Of a DNA stretch of 64,000 bases, positions 39,608 through 51,708 are shown piece after piece; the stretch's first letter is position 1, and every line of letters starts with the position of its first letter. The stretch covers positions 132,432,001 to 132,496,000 of the forward strand of contig NC_043001.1 of NCBI RefSeq assembly GCF_006345805.1. The letters are read 5' to 3'. The notes below the pieces were generated by a model, which was not told the DNA's origin, made no database searches, and saw only the letters and a program-made list of their open reading frames with translations. The position numbers and the translations under genes are program-made. The DNA is from Octopus sinensis (taxonomy: Eukaryota).

Positions 39608-41022
39608 ATCCATGCCCACATACACACAGGGATACTATCATCTATTATGGTAATAACTATGGTGATACATGAGTGATCTCAACCAGCATTTTACTATACG
39701 TATAAATATATAAAGCGATAAACAGAGGCATGTAAGGCAGTATTGAGGTATGCTACAATATCATGTGGATTATCTCATGTATGAGTTTTGCATGGTTTCT
39801 TGACAAACTGTTGCTTAGGGTCACATGTACATCACCATGACTAATACCATAGCAGGTGACAGTACCTCTATGTCTTTGTGTGGTTGTTGACAGGAGTGGA
39901 CCCAGTTTAAAATTAACCAGTTCAATTCTCTAAAAACGAATTTACTGGCAAAAGATAGTAATGTGGAAGACTATATGACAGGGAAGCAAATAGATGAAAC
40001 ATGTTAGTGTAAAAAACTGGCAAATTATAGTAAGATCTGAAGTTCTCATAATTGCAGAAAGATGAGAGGTAAGATCTTACAATGGTGAAGAATGGTGTTT
40101 ATTTTGTAGTGAGAATGTCATAAATATAAACTTTCTTTGATGAAAACCTGAAGAGATCTATCTTTAATTTGAATCTAGAAGTTTGCGCTGATTCAAAGTT
40201 TGCACTGATCATATGATAGAGGGAAGGGATATTTGAAACCATAGGTGCAGACAAGTCAATACTGTATTTATGAATACCATTGCCCTTCAGATACAGGATG
40301 TGGTTGGAGAGGGTTGTACTTCTTCTTTCTTTCATGTTTAAATGAAAACATTGCTAGTTCTACTTGAATTTCAAAGTAATATTTTTAAAGCCAACAAAAC
40401 TACTTTTATCATTTATAGGTTGAAACCTTTTTGTAGCATATAATAATTTTTATGAAGGTATTTACTATTTAGGAGATGGGTATAGCAAGCAAGTAAATGG
40501 ATTGTGGGTTCAAATTTTGTTTATGTATAAATTTCTCTTATATTAATTCTAGCTAAGAAAAGGAATTATCAGTACAATTGTAACTCAGAATAATGCTATT
40601 AATTTTTAAAATTTTATTAAGCTTAGAAGGAAAATATTTGTTCATCAAAAGACTACGAGAGAACAATACTGGAGCAGACATTGAAGCCAAAGAGTGGATT
40701 ATACCATATAAGCTTCTTTTTGCTGTTATTATTTAGGTAAAGTTCAGGGAAAGAACTACATCTGTTCTTCTGAGAACACAAATTAAAAATCACTAACCAT
40801 GTTTCGGATTTAAATTTCCAAGATATAACTCAAAATAATTCTTTATACTACACTTAGTATAAGCAAAATCAAAATCTCAACTGTTTCCTTCACCAATCAA
40901 ACCACTCCAAAAATTTCATAATATTGTTAAAACCATACCTTTGCAATTTTTTTCATACCTAATTACTAATAAGTAAATATTTAATGACACTGATTATATA
41001 TATTATATATATATATATATAC

Positions 41023-41177
41023 ACTATATAATAAGGGTTCAGCAACGATTAGCTTCACCACAGACCGAAGCACAGAAATAGCAGTCAAAATCCTAGCTAT
41101 TCTCTCTACTTTTGACAGCTATTTCTGTGCTTCGGTGTGTGGTGAAGCAAATTGTTGCTGAACCCTTATTATATAGT
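41023..41177. repeat. Inverted repeat, 68-bp arms, 19-nt loop
   Basis: Arms 41023-41090 and 41110-41177, 4 mismatches; abuts (AT)n. Confidence 0.92.
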
Positions 41178-41271
41178 ATTACTTGAACTTACCATAAAAT
41201 AGTTTTTCTCATACCGAATTCTACTTGGTGAAATTACGAATTACTTCTTAATTAATTAATTTCACCCTTTG

Positions 41272-41418
41272 TTATTACGTTTAACGTCCGTTCTCCATGC
41301 TAGCATGGGTTGGACGGTTCGACCGGGGATCTGGGAAGCCAGAAGGCTGCCTCAGGCTCCAGTCTTATCTGGCAATGTTTCTACAGCTGGATGCCCTTCC
41401 TAATGCCAACCACTCCGT
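41272..41418 (-). mobile_element. Family E, 3' part
   Basis: TTTAACGTCCG..CATGCTAGCATGGGTTGGACGG..GGATGCCCTTCC. Confidence 0.8.
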
Positions 41419-42021
41419 ATATATATATATATATATATACTGTAAAAACTCATGTGATTTACGCATTTTTTTGCAAAAATAAAAATATCTTGCCAAAATA
41501 AAAATAAACTTTAGTAGGTGCATAAACTACATGAGTTGATCATTTCCAGATTTTTTTTAGAATTTTTTTAAATTGAAAAATGACATACAAATGTAAACAT
41601 TCATACAGGAAGTTGACTCATTTAATGTCAGAATAGGTTTTTACAAAAAAAAATATAATGAAGTTGACTTTTATTTATGCTGGACAGTATAATGCTTACT
41701 TTTTCTGCATAAATTTACTGAAACCATTAAATGGTTAACTACTTTTTGAAGTTTGACGTTCATGCTGGTAATCATGGTCTGGGCCATATTTTACATTGCT
41801 TGGAGTTTCTACTATCGCAATGGAGCCCAGCAATTTCCTTAAATAGATCAGTTTTTCTCCGCTTAAGAAGTCTAGCTTGTGTTTGCTTCCAGGAAACTAT
41901 TGCTCACATTCTCCACATTAGGACAACGAAATCCATCACTGCTGACAACGCCAGAACAAGCTCTTACTGCATCTAACACCGATGGCAACATCATAATTCA
42001 TCCTTGTGCATATAAACTCAC

Positions 42022-42044
42022 CAAATGAATATGACTTTGCATTC
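42022..42044 (-). CDS. Candidate 23-nt exon
   Basis: gaaagtttctgtag|GAATGCAAAGTCATATTCATTTG|gtgagt. Confidence 0.3.
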
Positions 42045-42569
42045 CTACAGAAACTTTCATTAACCTTAAACGATGTTTAATGTTATTTCACATTCATGCT
42101 GAATTATGCAGCAATCTTATGTTCTCTTCAAAGAACACTTGTAATGTATGTATTACCAGTTCTATTGGTATAGTAGATTTTTGCTATTCTTGTTTATGTC
42201 TCCTCACAGACATGTATATTCTAACAAGTCGCACCTTAAATTTTGCACCTCTCTTGTTCAATAAACACTGAGTTAAACTTGCAAAGCTGTTTATTTTCTC
42301 CTTTTGATTTTTAATGTTTATTTTAGTGGGTTACCAAACTATCAGTTTGGTCTCCTGGCTAAAATGGTAATGACAAATTTTAAAGTTTGCTTGACATTTC
42401 ATAAGAGTGAAAGGAATTAAAATTTTGATACTCTGTATCAAAGGTTCCAACAAGAATAGGCAGAAAATCAGAGCTTGAGACAAGAAGACACTTTCGACCA
42501 ATCAGAATTCTGTTTACATAATCAGTTTGATCGGTTACCTTCCTCTGTCGGTTCAGTAAAGTGTCATCC

Positions 42570-42846
42570 AAACTAAAAGAAGCCCATCATGTGTATGTGT
42601 GAAAGTGTGTGTGTGTGTGTGTGCCTTTGTGTCTGTGTTCATCCCCAACCACCACTAGACAACCAGTGCTGGTGTGTTTATGTCCTTGTAACTTAGTGGT
42701 TTGGCAAAAAGAGACTGATAGAATAAGTACCAGGCTTTAAAAAACACTAAGTACTGGGGTCTATTAATTTGACTAAAAGCCTTTCCAAAACAGTGCTCCA
42801 GCACGGCCACTATCTAAGGACTGAAACAAGTGAAAGATAAAAGATA
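42570..42846 (+). mobile_element. SINE A (old subfamily), 3' part
   Basis: GT tract through tail GACTGAAACAAGTGAAAGATAAAAG. Confidence 0.75.
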
Positions 42847-42878
42847 TGCAAACACACACACACAAACATATATATATA

Positions 42879-42919
<41 letters not shown>

Positions 42920-44151
42920 CACAGTGAAGATACATATATTTTGGTCACTAAGTTTAAAATAGTAAACAAAAAGTAATATAGCATCTAACTTTTGGTACAA
43001 AGAATTCAGAATGAAAAGCAAAAAAAAAAAACTAGGAATAGTATTTTTGCTTGGAAAGTTTCTGCTATCAAAAATATAATTGTTGATAATTGATTTTCAG
43101 CTATTTAGTTAGGTTTACTAATTTGAGATCTGCTGAATCAAAATCAAGACTTCTAAAATAAAAATTTTCCTTCCTTCTTTTGCTTTTTAGTTTTCTTTTT
43201 ATTATTCATATTTATTTTTTTACTTGATATTTCAAGTTTTCAATGCCATATTTAATTATCTAATAGATTTTCTTCCAAAGTTACACCTACAAATATTTTC
43301 CATCCTACTTCTGACACCTAGAATCTTTACCACAAATGATAATTTCATGAATATATAATTATCACATAATTTCTTTATCCTTATGAGGAAATAATAGCAT
43401 ACCATTTACCAAAAGATGAGAACAACCCTTTTACTTATGACACCTAAGATTTTAGTCGAGGCTTTGGTAATGTGTTAATAGGATCTTATTTGTAAATGCA
43501 CACAAATATCATTATAGATTGTTTGTTTAAATCCAAAAATAAGAATTTAAAAATGTAAAGAATTTATTTCCAAATTATCAATTGTCATTGAATGAGTTTC
43601 TCATAGATATTTGTTAGATAGTCAAACATGACATGACATACTAGCTACAAACTTTGATCCCAAATCTCATTTTCTTTACCCTATATCTCTTCTTTGTTAC
43701 TGCAATGTCCTATGGCTTTTTTTACACCTTCTTGACCAGTGTTGTATTCACTTTAAAACGTACCTACCATACCTATATCAATTCGCATTATCACTTTTGT
43801 CTTAATTTATTTACGGAACCTGAATCCACCATCCCTGTAATTCTATTTCTTTAAACACCCATTCCCATGTATAATATATTTCCTCCATATCAGTGACTTC
43901 CCTCTGAGATGGTTGGTTGAGACACTTCACACCTTTCATTCACAATGTGTCTTTTATTTTCTCATAGTAAAAATTCCATTCTTATTCTGAAGCCTTGAAG
44001 CTATATTCATGCAGAGCAAACAATAGCCAAGCAAAAAAGTATTGAGAAAATTAACAAATTTATATCTTACAATATTTCTTTTCTTGGGGGAGGGGTATTG
44101 TCTAGGATATCTGTATATAAAGTAGTGGCACTGTACAAGATGTGGGAGAAT

Positions 44152-44425
44152 ATCATCATTGTTTAACGTCCGTTTTCCGCGCTAGCACGGGTTGGACGGT
44201 TCGACCGGGGTCTGGGAAGCCAGGGGCTGCACCAGGCTCCAGTCTGATCTGGCAGTGTTTCTACAGCTGGATGCCCTTCCTAACGCCAACCACTCCGCGA
44301 GTGTAGTGGGTGCTTTTTACGTGCCACCTGCACAGGTGCCAGGGGGGTCTGGCATCGGCCACGATTGGTTGGTGCTTTTAACGTGCCACTGGCACGGAAG
44401 CCAGCCAAGGTGGTGCTGGCATAAA
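44152..44425 (-). mobile_element. Family E
   Basis: E consensus on the minus strand; bracketed together with 44074-44151 by the 12-bp repeat ATATCTTACAAT. Confidence 0.85.
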
Positions 44426-45431
44426 ATATCTTACAATTAAATCTAAAGACCAAGTTAGACTAGAGACCAATGCAACAGAGCTAATAAGCCTTTCTACTAA
44501 GGCACATGGCCTGACATTTGGTGGCAGGAGGTCAGTCAATTGCATTGACCCCAGTGCGTAACTGGTACTTAATTTATCAACCCTGAAAGGATGAAAGACA
44601 AAGTCAACCTTGGCAGAATTTGAACTGAGAATGTAGCAGCAAATGAAATACCACTAAGCATTTCACCTGGTGTGTTAATGATTGTGTCAGCTTGCCACCT
44701 TTATATATATGACAGGCTTCTTAAAGTTTCCATCCATTAAATCCTCTCACATGGCTTTGGTCAGCCTGAGGCTATAGTAGAAGACACTTGTTCAAAGTGT
44801 CATGTAGTGAGACTGAACCCAGAACCATATGGTTGGGAAGAAAATTGCTTACTGGACAGCCACACCTGTACCTATAACAAGGTTAGCAATAAGATATATA
44901 AATAAGAGTTTGATTAGGAACAACTTCCTATATTTTGTGCAGGGAAATATGAAATACTTTACCAAGAGCATATTTGCTTTATCTAGAAATACTAGGCTTT
45001 GCCATAACTGATTATCTTTCCTGACAATCTTCAACATAGAAAAGACTGTAATGGTTGGTCTTTCTCTTCAGAACAAGTAAATACTCCTACAATTATCCAC
45101 TTTATATAGAGCTTATAAGAGAGCTATATAAGAATACTTCTCCCACATCTTGAACAGTGTCACTCCTATATATACAGGTATCCTAGACAATAACCTTCCC
45201 CCAAGTAAAGAAATCCACATAGTTTCAATCCACTATGCTTTGGGATAAAATCTCTAGAATCACCTTGGCCTTTCTGGTCTTTTAGAAAATGTATATGGTT
45301 AAGGTTGATTCAGTTGACCATACTCATCCACCACAAATGGGTGACCTTGGCTAATGTGAAAAAATCCATATCTTTCGCTACAAGTTGATACACACTCATA
45401 TATACCCATATATATATATATATATATATAT

Positions 45432-45564
45432 TTTATTATATAGAAGGAGCTTCTACAGGACTAGTACTGTTTCATTCAAGAGAAATCTTCAGGAAATAGC
45501 TTCCTGAAGATTTCTCTTGAATGAAACAGTACTAGTCCTGTAGAAGCTCCTTCTATATAATAAA
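45432..45564. repeat. Perfect inverted repeat, 64-bp arms, 5-nt loop
   Basis: Arms 45432-45495 and 45501-45564 with no mismatch; loop ATAGC; (AT)n to the left and again at about 45633. Confidence 0.95.
45498..45548 (+). ncRNA. Putative type I hammerhead ribozyme
   Basis: AGCTTC-CTGAAGA-tttctcttgaat-GAAA-CAG-tactagtc-CTG-TA-GAAGCT: intact core, 6-bp stem I, 4-bp stem III, GUA cleavage triplet. Stem II has only 3 bp and a U.U at the usual G10.1-C11.1 position. Confidence 0.65.
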
Positions 45565-45631
45565 TTAATTTTACTCTGCTATGTATTGAGTACCTTACTT
45601 ACTGTGGTTAACCCCGGATCAACCCGGGACC

Positions 45632-45669
<38 letters not shown>

Positions 45670-45673
<4 letters not shown>

Positions 45674-46625
45674 GCACCCTTTTTCTAGTTGTACTTTGTT
45701 CTTAACATTTGGGTCAAGAAGCTTTTCATGAGTGGACCTCATTGTTGCTAAAAGCACATTTAACACTGTATTATTGGAATCAAACCCGCCTTGGTGTTGT
45801 CTTCTCTTAAAACCTAATACCTCTGATCCCATTTTATATATTCCATCACAGAAAGATTGCCATGAACCTTCAAAATGAACATTGCTGCATCTCTTCTTAA
45901 ACAACTGCAGAACTTGTGGTTGTTTTAGCTGCTCTACATTAATCTTCTTTGGTACTCATACACCAGCACTACGAATCTTCTTACGGACCCTAAACTTGAA
46001 CTTGGCCCTAAACATTTTGTGATCAGTATCCCAATCAGCACCTTGCAATACTCTGAGACTGCACGAATCTTGTAAGTCAGCTTTCCGAGTTAATACAAAG
46101 TCAATCATGTGACCTTGCTTTGATCTTGGGTGAATCCAGGTAACTTTATGTTTCATCTTGTGATGAAAGAAAGTATTCCCAACAACCAACCCTAGCTCAG
46201 AGCACATTTGTAGCAGATGCAACCCATTGTTGTTCACCTTTCCTATTCCATAATGCCCAAGTACATTCCAAGCAACATAGTCTCTACCAAGACATGCATT
46301 AAAGTCACGAAGCACAACCAACTTCTCATTCAAAGGGACTGACAGAATACTTCTTCTAAGTTCCTCATAAAATGCATGGATATTTTCCTCACTAGCTGAA
46401 AGTGTAGGAGCATAAATAGAGAAAACAGTTACAAAATGTCCACAAGAAAGAGAGATTCAGAGTTTCATTATGTGTTTGTTTATGCTTTGTGGTTGTTCTA
46501 GATCTTTTAGCAAATCACTTCTAATTGCAAACCCAGCACCACCTTCCCTTCTTTCACCCTTCGGCTTCCCAACCCAGAATTATGTGAAACCTGCTACTCT
46601 TTCGACAAGGTGATCTTCATCTGTT
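45670..46625 (-). mobile_element. RTE LINE fragment (APE endonuclease plus linker)
   Basis: FWVGKPKGERREGGAGFAIR..SIYAPT..LRDFNA..GKVNNNGLHLL..NTFF..TWIHPRSKQGHMIDFV..DTDH..LGFKRRQHQ. Confidence 0.92.
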
Positions 46626-46829
46626 TACATCCTGCTGCTTAGCAGTTCTCATAAGAAGCAAGCAATAGAATAAGTATCAAACTTAAAAGATTAAGTACTG
46701 ATGGTGATTTGATTACCTAAAATTCTTTCAAAGTGGCGCCCCACCTTGGCTGCAATCCAATGACAGAAACAAGGAGAAAAAATAAAATCTGATGCATCCA
46801 AAAGCTATTACTCATTATTGTGACTATCA

Positions 46830-47130
46830 TCTCAGCCTAGTGACTGGGACTGCTGGAAATTTGTTGTGCTTGAGAAGACAAGTCAAGCTAAGTGAAATCA
46901 TGGTTGTGGCCAGTGCTGGTGACACATAAAAGGCACCCATGCTGATGACATGTAAAAGACACCAAGAACACTCTATGAAGTGGTTGGCATTATGAGGGGC
47001 ATCCATCCACAGAAACCAAACCAAAACGGACTGGAGCCTGGTGCAGCTCTCCAGCTTACCAGCTCCAGTCAAACCATCTAACCCATCAATACCAGCATAG
47101 AAAACAGATGCTAAATGATGATGATGATGT
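46830..47130 (+). mobile_element. Family E, older and longer copy
   Basis: GGTTGGCATTATGAGGGGCATCC...CTAACCCATC..CAGCAT..GATGATG. Confidence 0.7.
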
Positions 47131-48581
47131 GATGTTGGAGCTGTTATTCACCTCTCATTTATCCATCGTCTATCACTAAGTGTCATAAAATCACACATTC
47201 ACTGAGCCAGTGGCTCAAGTGTTAATTACACTTTGTATCCATCATAAAAACTTATAGTGATAAGTAGGCCAAGTTTCATATTGTCATACAACCAAGTCTC
47301 ATGAAATATACAACATAAATTTTCACCAATAGATCAAGATATAATATTAACCATAATTTTTGTATATACATGGAATCAATAATGAGATCAATATTTTAAA
47401 ATGAAATAAAAACAAAACAAAACAAGTATAGCTGATTTAGGAAAAAAAAACAAAAATGAAAGAAGACAAGGTAAAGATTATCTGTTGATATATATTCAAA
47501 TCAATCAAACTTAATAACTCTATGCATATCATTATTTCCTATGAAAAGTACTAAACTACCAAAGTATCTTGATTACAGCTAGAAGATATTTCTTTGTTTA
47601 TAGGTTTACTTGTTTTATTTTAGGTTTTTTTTAAATTTATTTATTTATTTATTTTTATAAAATGCAGTCTAAAACTCTTTAAAATCAAATCAAAGTGATC
47701 TGACTCCAGAATTAATATCTCTGACACATGATTCTATCTACACTGTTCTCTTACAAACTATTCTATTATGACAGAGCTCAAAATGTGGTAGATGTTGGTA
47801 TTATTATAATCATTATTATCATCAAGTTGGCGAGCTAGCAGGATCGTTAGCACACTGGATGAAATGCTTAGCGGTACTTTGCCCGTTACTACATTCTGAG
47901 TTCAAATTCTGCCAAGGTCGACTTTGCTTTCATCCTTTCAGGGTCATTAAATTAAGTACCAGTCAAATACTGGGGTTGCTGTAATCTACTTACCCCAACC
48001 CCATCCCGCCAAAAAAATAAATATGTTAGGCCTTGTGCTTACAGTAAAAAGGATTACTATTATTATCATTGCTTAACACCCAAATCAGATTTGATCATGT
48101 ATTCCTATGTTCAAAAGCATTCCAGCAATGACTCTCCTGTCATTTTACGGACAATTTATATCTACAACTAGAACATCTGATATCTTTCTATTTTTAATAG
48201 CATTTCAAAGAGATTATACAGCTATTTCTAGCAAGTTGAGCATCTTGATAGCGGTTTTCTCATTGCTGTTAATATTTAACCCTAAGTCAGGCCTGGTCAG
48301 TCATACTTATGATCGAAGTTGTTCAAGCCACAGACATCTTGTCATTTCAAATATAATGTATCTTAGACTACAGCTATCAATATGCCTTTCTTCCTTTTAA
48401 AAACTGGTGGGTATGATTTGGAAATTGCTGGTTATTTCAACTGGTTTGAATGACCACATAGATCCCTCATCATAGTTTGTGAGCTGGACTATGATGGTCG
48501 TTGACAAATATATAGCATTAAAAAATGATAAAATTTACAAATGTTTCCAAATAGATTTAAAAAATGGAAGATATGGAAGAT

Positions 48582-48960
48582 AGGCGCAGGAGTGGCTGTG
48601 TGGTAAGTAGCTTGCTAACCAGCCACATGGTTGCGGGTTCAGTCCCACTGCATGGTATCTTGGGCAAGTGTCTTCTGCTATAGTCCCGGGCCGACCAATG
48701 CCTTGTGAGTGGATTTGGTAGACGGAAACTGAAAGAAGCCTGTCGTATATATGTATATATATGTATATATGTGTATGTATGTGTGTTTGTCCCCCTAGCA
48801 TTGCTTGACAAACGATGCTGGTGTGCTTACGTCCCCGTTACTTAGCAGTTATAAGTAGTGGGCTTACAAAGAATAAGTCCCGGGGTCGATTTGCTCGACT
48901 AAAGGTGGTGCTCTAGCATGGCCGCAGTCAAATGACTGAAACAAGTAAAAGAGTAAAGAG
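48582..48960 (+). mobile_element. SINE A
   Basis: Near full length with a small internal deletion. Confidence 0.88.
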
Positions 48961-49229
48961 ATATTAATATGGCATGGAAGGTAGAGAATATTTGTGGCTT
49001 TGAAACAATTAGCTATTCATGGCATAACAACTTCACTTTTCACTCTTTTTGAACCAACTTTTGGTAATGCAGACCATTAGAGCCCTCTTAACAATAGAAC
49101 AACATACAAGACAACATGCTGCCCACCACTAATCTCTCGTCCTCACACAATACTATTAGTCTCCTGGCTATTCACCACTACTACACTCTTTCCCACACAC
49201 CATCATCACGCATGCCCTGACCACATACC

Positions 49230-49387
49230 TATTTCTTTATTACCCACAAGGGACTAAACATAGAGGGGACAAACAAGGACAGACATAGGTATTAAGTCGA
49301 TTACATCGACCCCAGTGCATAACTGGTACTTAATTTATCGACCCCGAAAGGATGAAAGGCAAAGTCGACCTCGGCGGAATTTGAACT
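49230..49387 (-). mobile_element. SINE B, 5'-truncated at the B box
   Basis: 9-bp TSD CCACATACC at 49221-49229 and 49388-49396. Confidence 0.9.
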
Positions 49388-49651
49388 CCACATACCAAAA
49401 ATACTAACTTTTGATCACTTGCATCCACCACTGCCAAAAGTCACAGCACACCACTACCATTAGCCTCCTGACCATAACCTCTGCCATTTGTCTTTTGATC
49501 AGACACTACTACAACCATTAGCTTCTTCACAACAGACCACCACACCACCACCACCACCACCACTATCATCATTAGTCTCCTGACTGCACACCACTACCAA
49601 CAGTCCCCTGGCTACACACCATGACAAGTTTCTTAATAACATATCAATATA

Positions 49652-49793
49652 TAGGTGCATGCAGAGCTGTGTGATAAGAAGCTTGCTTCTAAATCACTTG
49701 GTTCTGGGTTCAGTCTCACTATGTGGCACCTTGTGAGTGAATTTGGTAGATGGAAACTGAAAGAAGCCAGTCATATATATCCGTATACATATA

Positions 49794-49826
<33 letters not shown>

Positions 49827-50120
49827 CTTTATGTCTGTTTGTCCCCCACCACTGCTTGACAACCAGTGTTGGATTGTTTATGGGTACATAACTTAGCAGT
49901 TTGGGCAAAGAGATAAATAAAATCAGTAACAGGCTTGAAAAAAATAAACATGGGTCGATTTACAGTTCTATATTTAAGAGATGAGGAATTATGTACATTA
50001 TTTACATTATCCGTCGAATGTAAATAATGTAAATAATGTATGGGTCGATTTATTCAGCTAAAAATTCTTCAAAGTGGTGCTCCAGCATGGCTACAGTCCA
50101 GTGACTGAAAAAAGTAAGGG
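49652..50120 (+). mobile_element. SINE A (old subfamily) carrying a 77-bp insert
   Basis: A head and tail; foreign segment 49963-50039 flanked by ATGGGTCGATTTA. Confidence 0.8.
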
Positions 50121-50580
50121 ATGAAGGGTATTTTTCTATTCGAATTCAGCAATTCAATTTTATTTGATAAAAATATTAAGAAGTTTTCTAGTAAATATTT
50201 TTTCTCCCTTTTTTTCTCTTTATCAAATCATCATCTGAGGAGGGACAGTACCTACAGCCTTAATTTTGGTGGTGGGGGGGCTGTTGGGAGGAAGGTTAGA
50301 ATTCAGACTGAAACTTGACCCTAATGCTTTAACCCTTTTGCATTTAAACTGGCCATATCCGGCCCCAATATTCTACTTGTTTTATGTTCAAACTGTTGTA
50401 TTCCAGGTCATCTATACATGACATAAACCAAAATATCCCTATATATTTTGACTTCACTGGGGTTGATTTTGCTATTCATTACACAGGAATTGATAAAAAA
50501 TAAATATAGCTTGGTTGTTTGATTAAATCAGTCACACTCTTCAATTCTATTTTGATAGAAATTGTTGTTGTTGTTGTTAT

Positions 50581-51375
50581 TGAGTGAGAGAGCAGTGCAT
50601 GCCATCAAAGTGACACTGGGGTAAAATATACGAAACCCACTATACCTATTTCTTTATTACTCACAAGGGACTAAACATAGAGGGGACAAACAAGGACAGA
50701 CATAGGTATTAAGTCAATTACATCGACCCCAGTGCGTAACTGGTACTTAATTTGTTGACCCCGAAAGGATGAAAGGTAAAGTCGACCTTGGCGGAATTTG
50801 AACTCACAACGTAACGGCAGCCGAAATACCACTAAGCATTTCGCCCGGCGTGCTAATGTTTCTGCCAACTCACCCACTATACCGATCATGACTACCTGTC
50901 TGATAAGGGTACATCAACCACATACATCGCAACCATATGTGTGTGACATTGTGATCTCTTATCAAGTTAAACTGTGCATGACTTTGCAGGTGGGGTCCAG
51001 TTAGAATTTTCTTCAGGTTGAGTAGCCTATCCCACTCAAAAGGTCCCTGAACACAGGTTGTTTAAGGATGTTGAACGAAACACCCATGTTTCCAGAGGTG
51101 AATTGTCCAAACCCCAAAGAATTCCTCTCAACACATGACTATGATGCCCCCACCCAATACTTCTGCTTGTGATCAGAGATGCACATATCATCAGCCACTA
51201 AGGAACATGTTCAATTGGTTAGGGTCAAACAACTAACAAGCAAATCTGTGGTATTGAGCAGAATATTTGCTGTAGTCCATCTTTTATACCAAGACAAAAC
51301 AATGTACTTGATAACACTTCCAATCAATTAAGATCAGAAGCCATGAGAGCCACTGCCTGGTACTGCATCAGGGCA
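50581..51375 (-). mobile_element. Family F interrupted by SINE B
   Basis: Reverse complement of F, with (GTT/ATT)n on the left and (ATT)n on the right. Confidence 0.88.
50647..50874 (-). mobile_element. SINE B nested in F
   Basis: 9-bp TSD CACTATACC at 50638-50646 and 50875-50883. Confidence 0.9.
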
Positions 51376-51708
51376 TGGTATTGCATCGGGGCTTTATTAT
51401 TATTATTATTAATGGCAAGCTGGCAGAATCATTAGAGCATTGGAAAATGCCTTGTGCTATTTGTTCTGGTTCCTTACATTTCCACTTCAAATCTCACTAT
51501 GATCAACTTTGGCTTTCATCTCTCCTCTCGGTCAATAAAATAAAGTATCAACTGAGTGCTTGGGTGATGGAATCTAAATATCCTCTTCTCAAAAATATCT
51601 GGATTGTGTCTAAATCAGAAACCACTATCAGCAGTACCAGACACAAAAGAAAATAGTCCAATATACAGCTTTTTGTTCAGTGTCAATAATATTCATTTCA
51701 TTTACTCT

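Noticed and set aside
40104-40121. 16-nt match TGTAGTGAGAATGTCA to the minus strand near 60735
   Set aside because: A match this long is expected by chance in 64 kb of AT-rich sequence searched on both strands.
41740-42570. Larger coding exon in moderately GC-rich unique DNA
   Set aside because: Open stretches of 40-60 codons switch frame, have no convincing splice pairs and match nothing I recognise.
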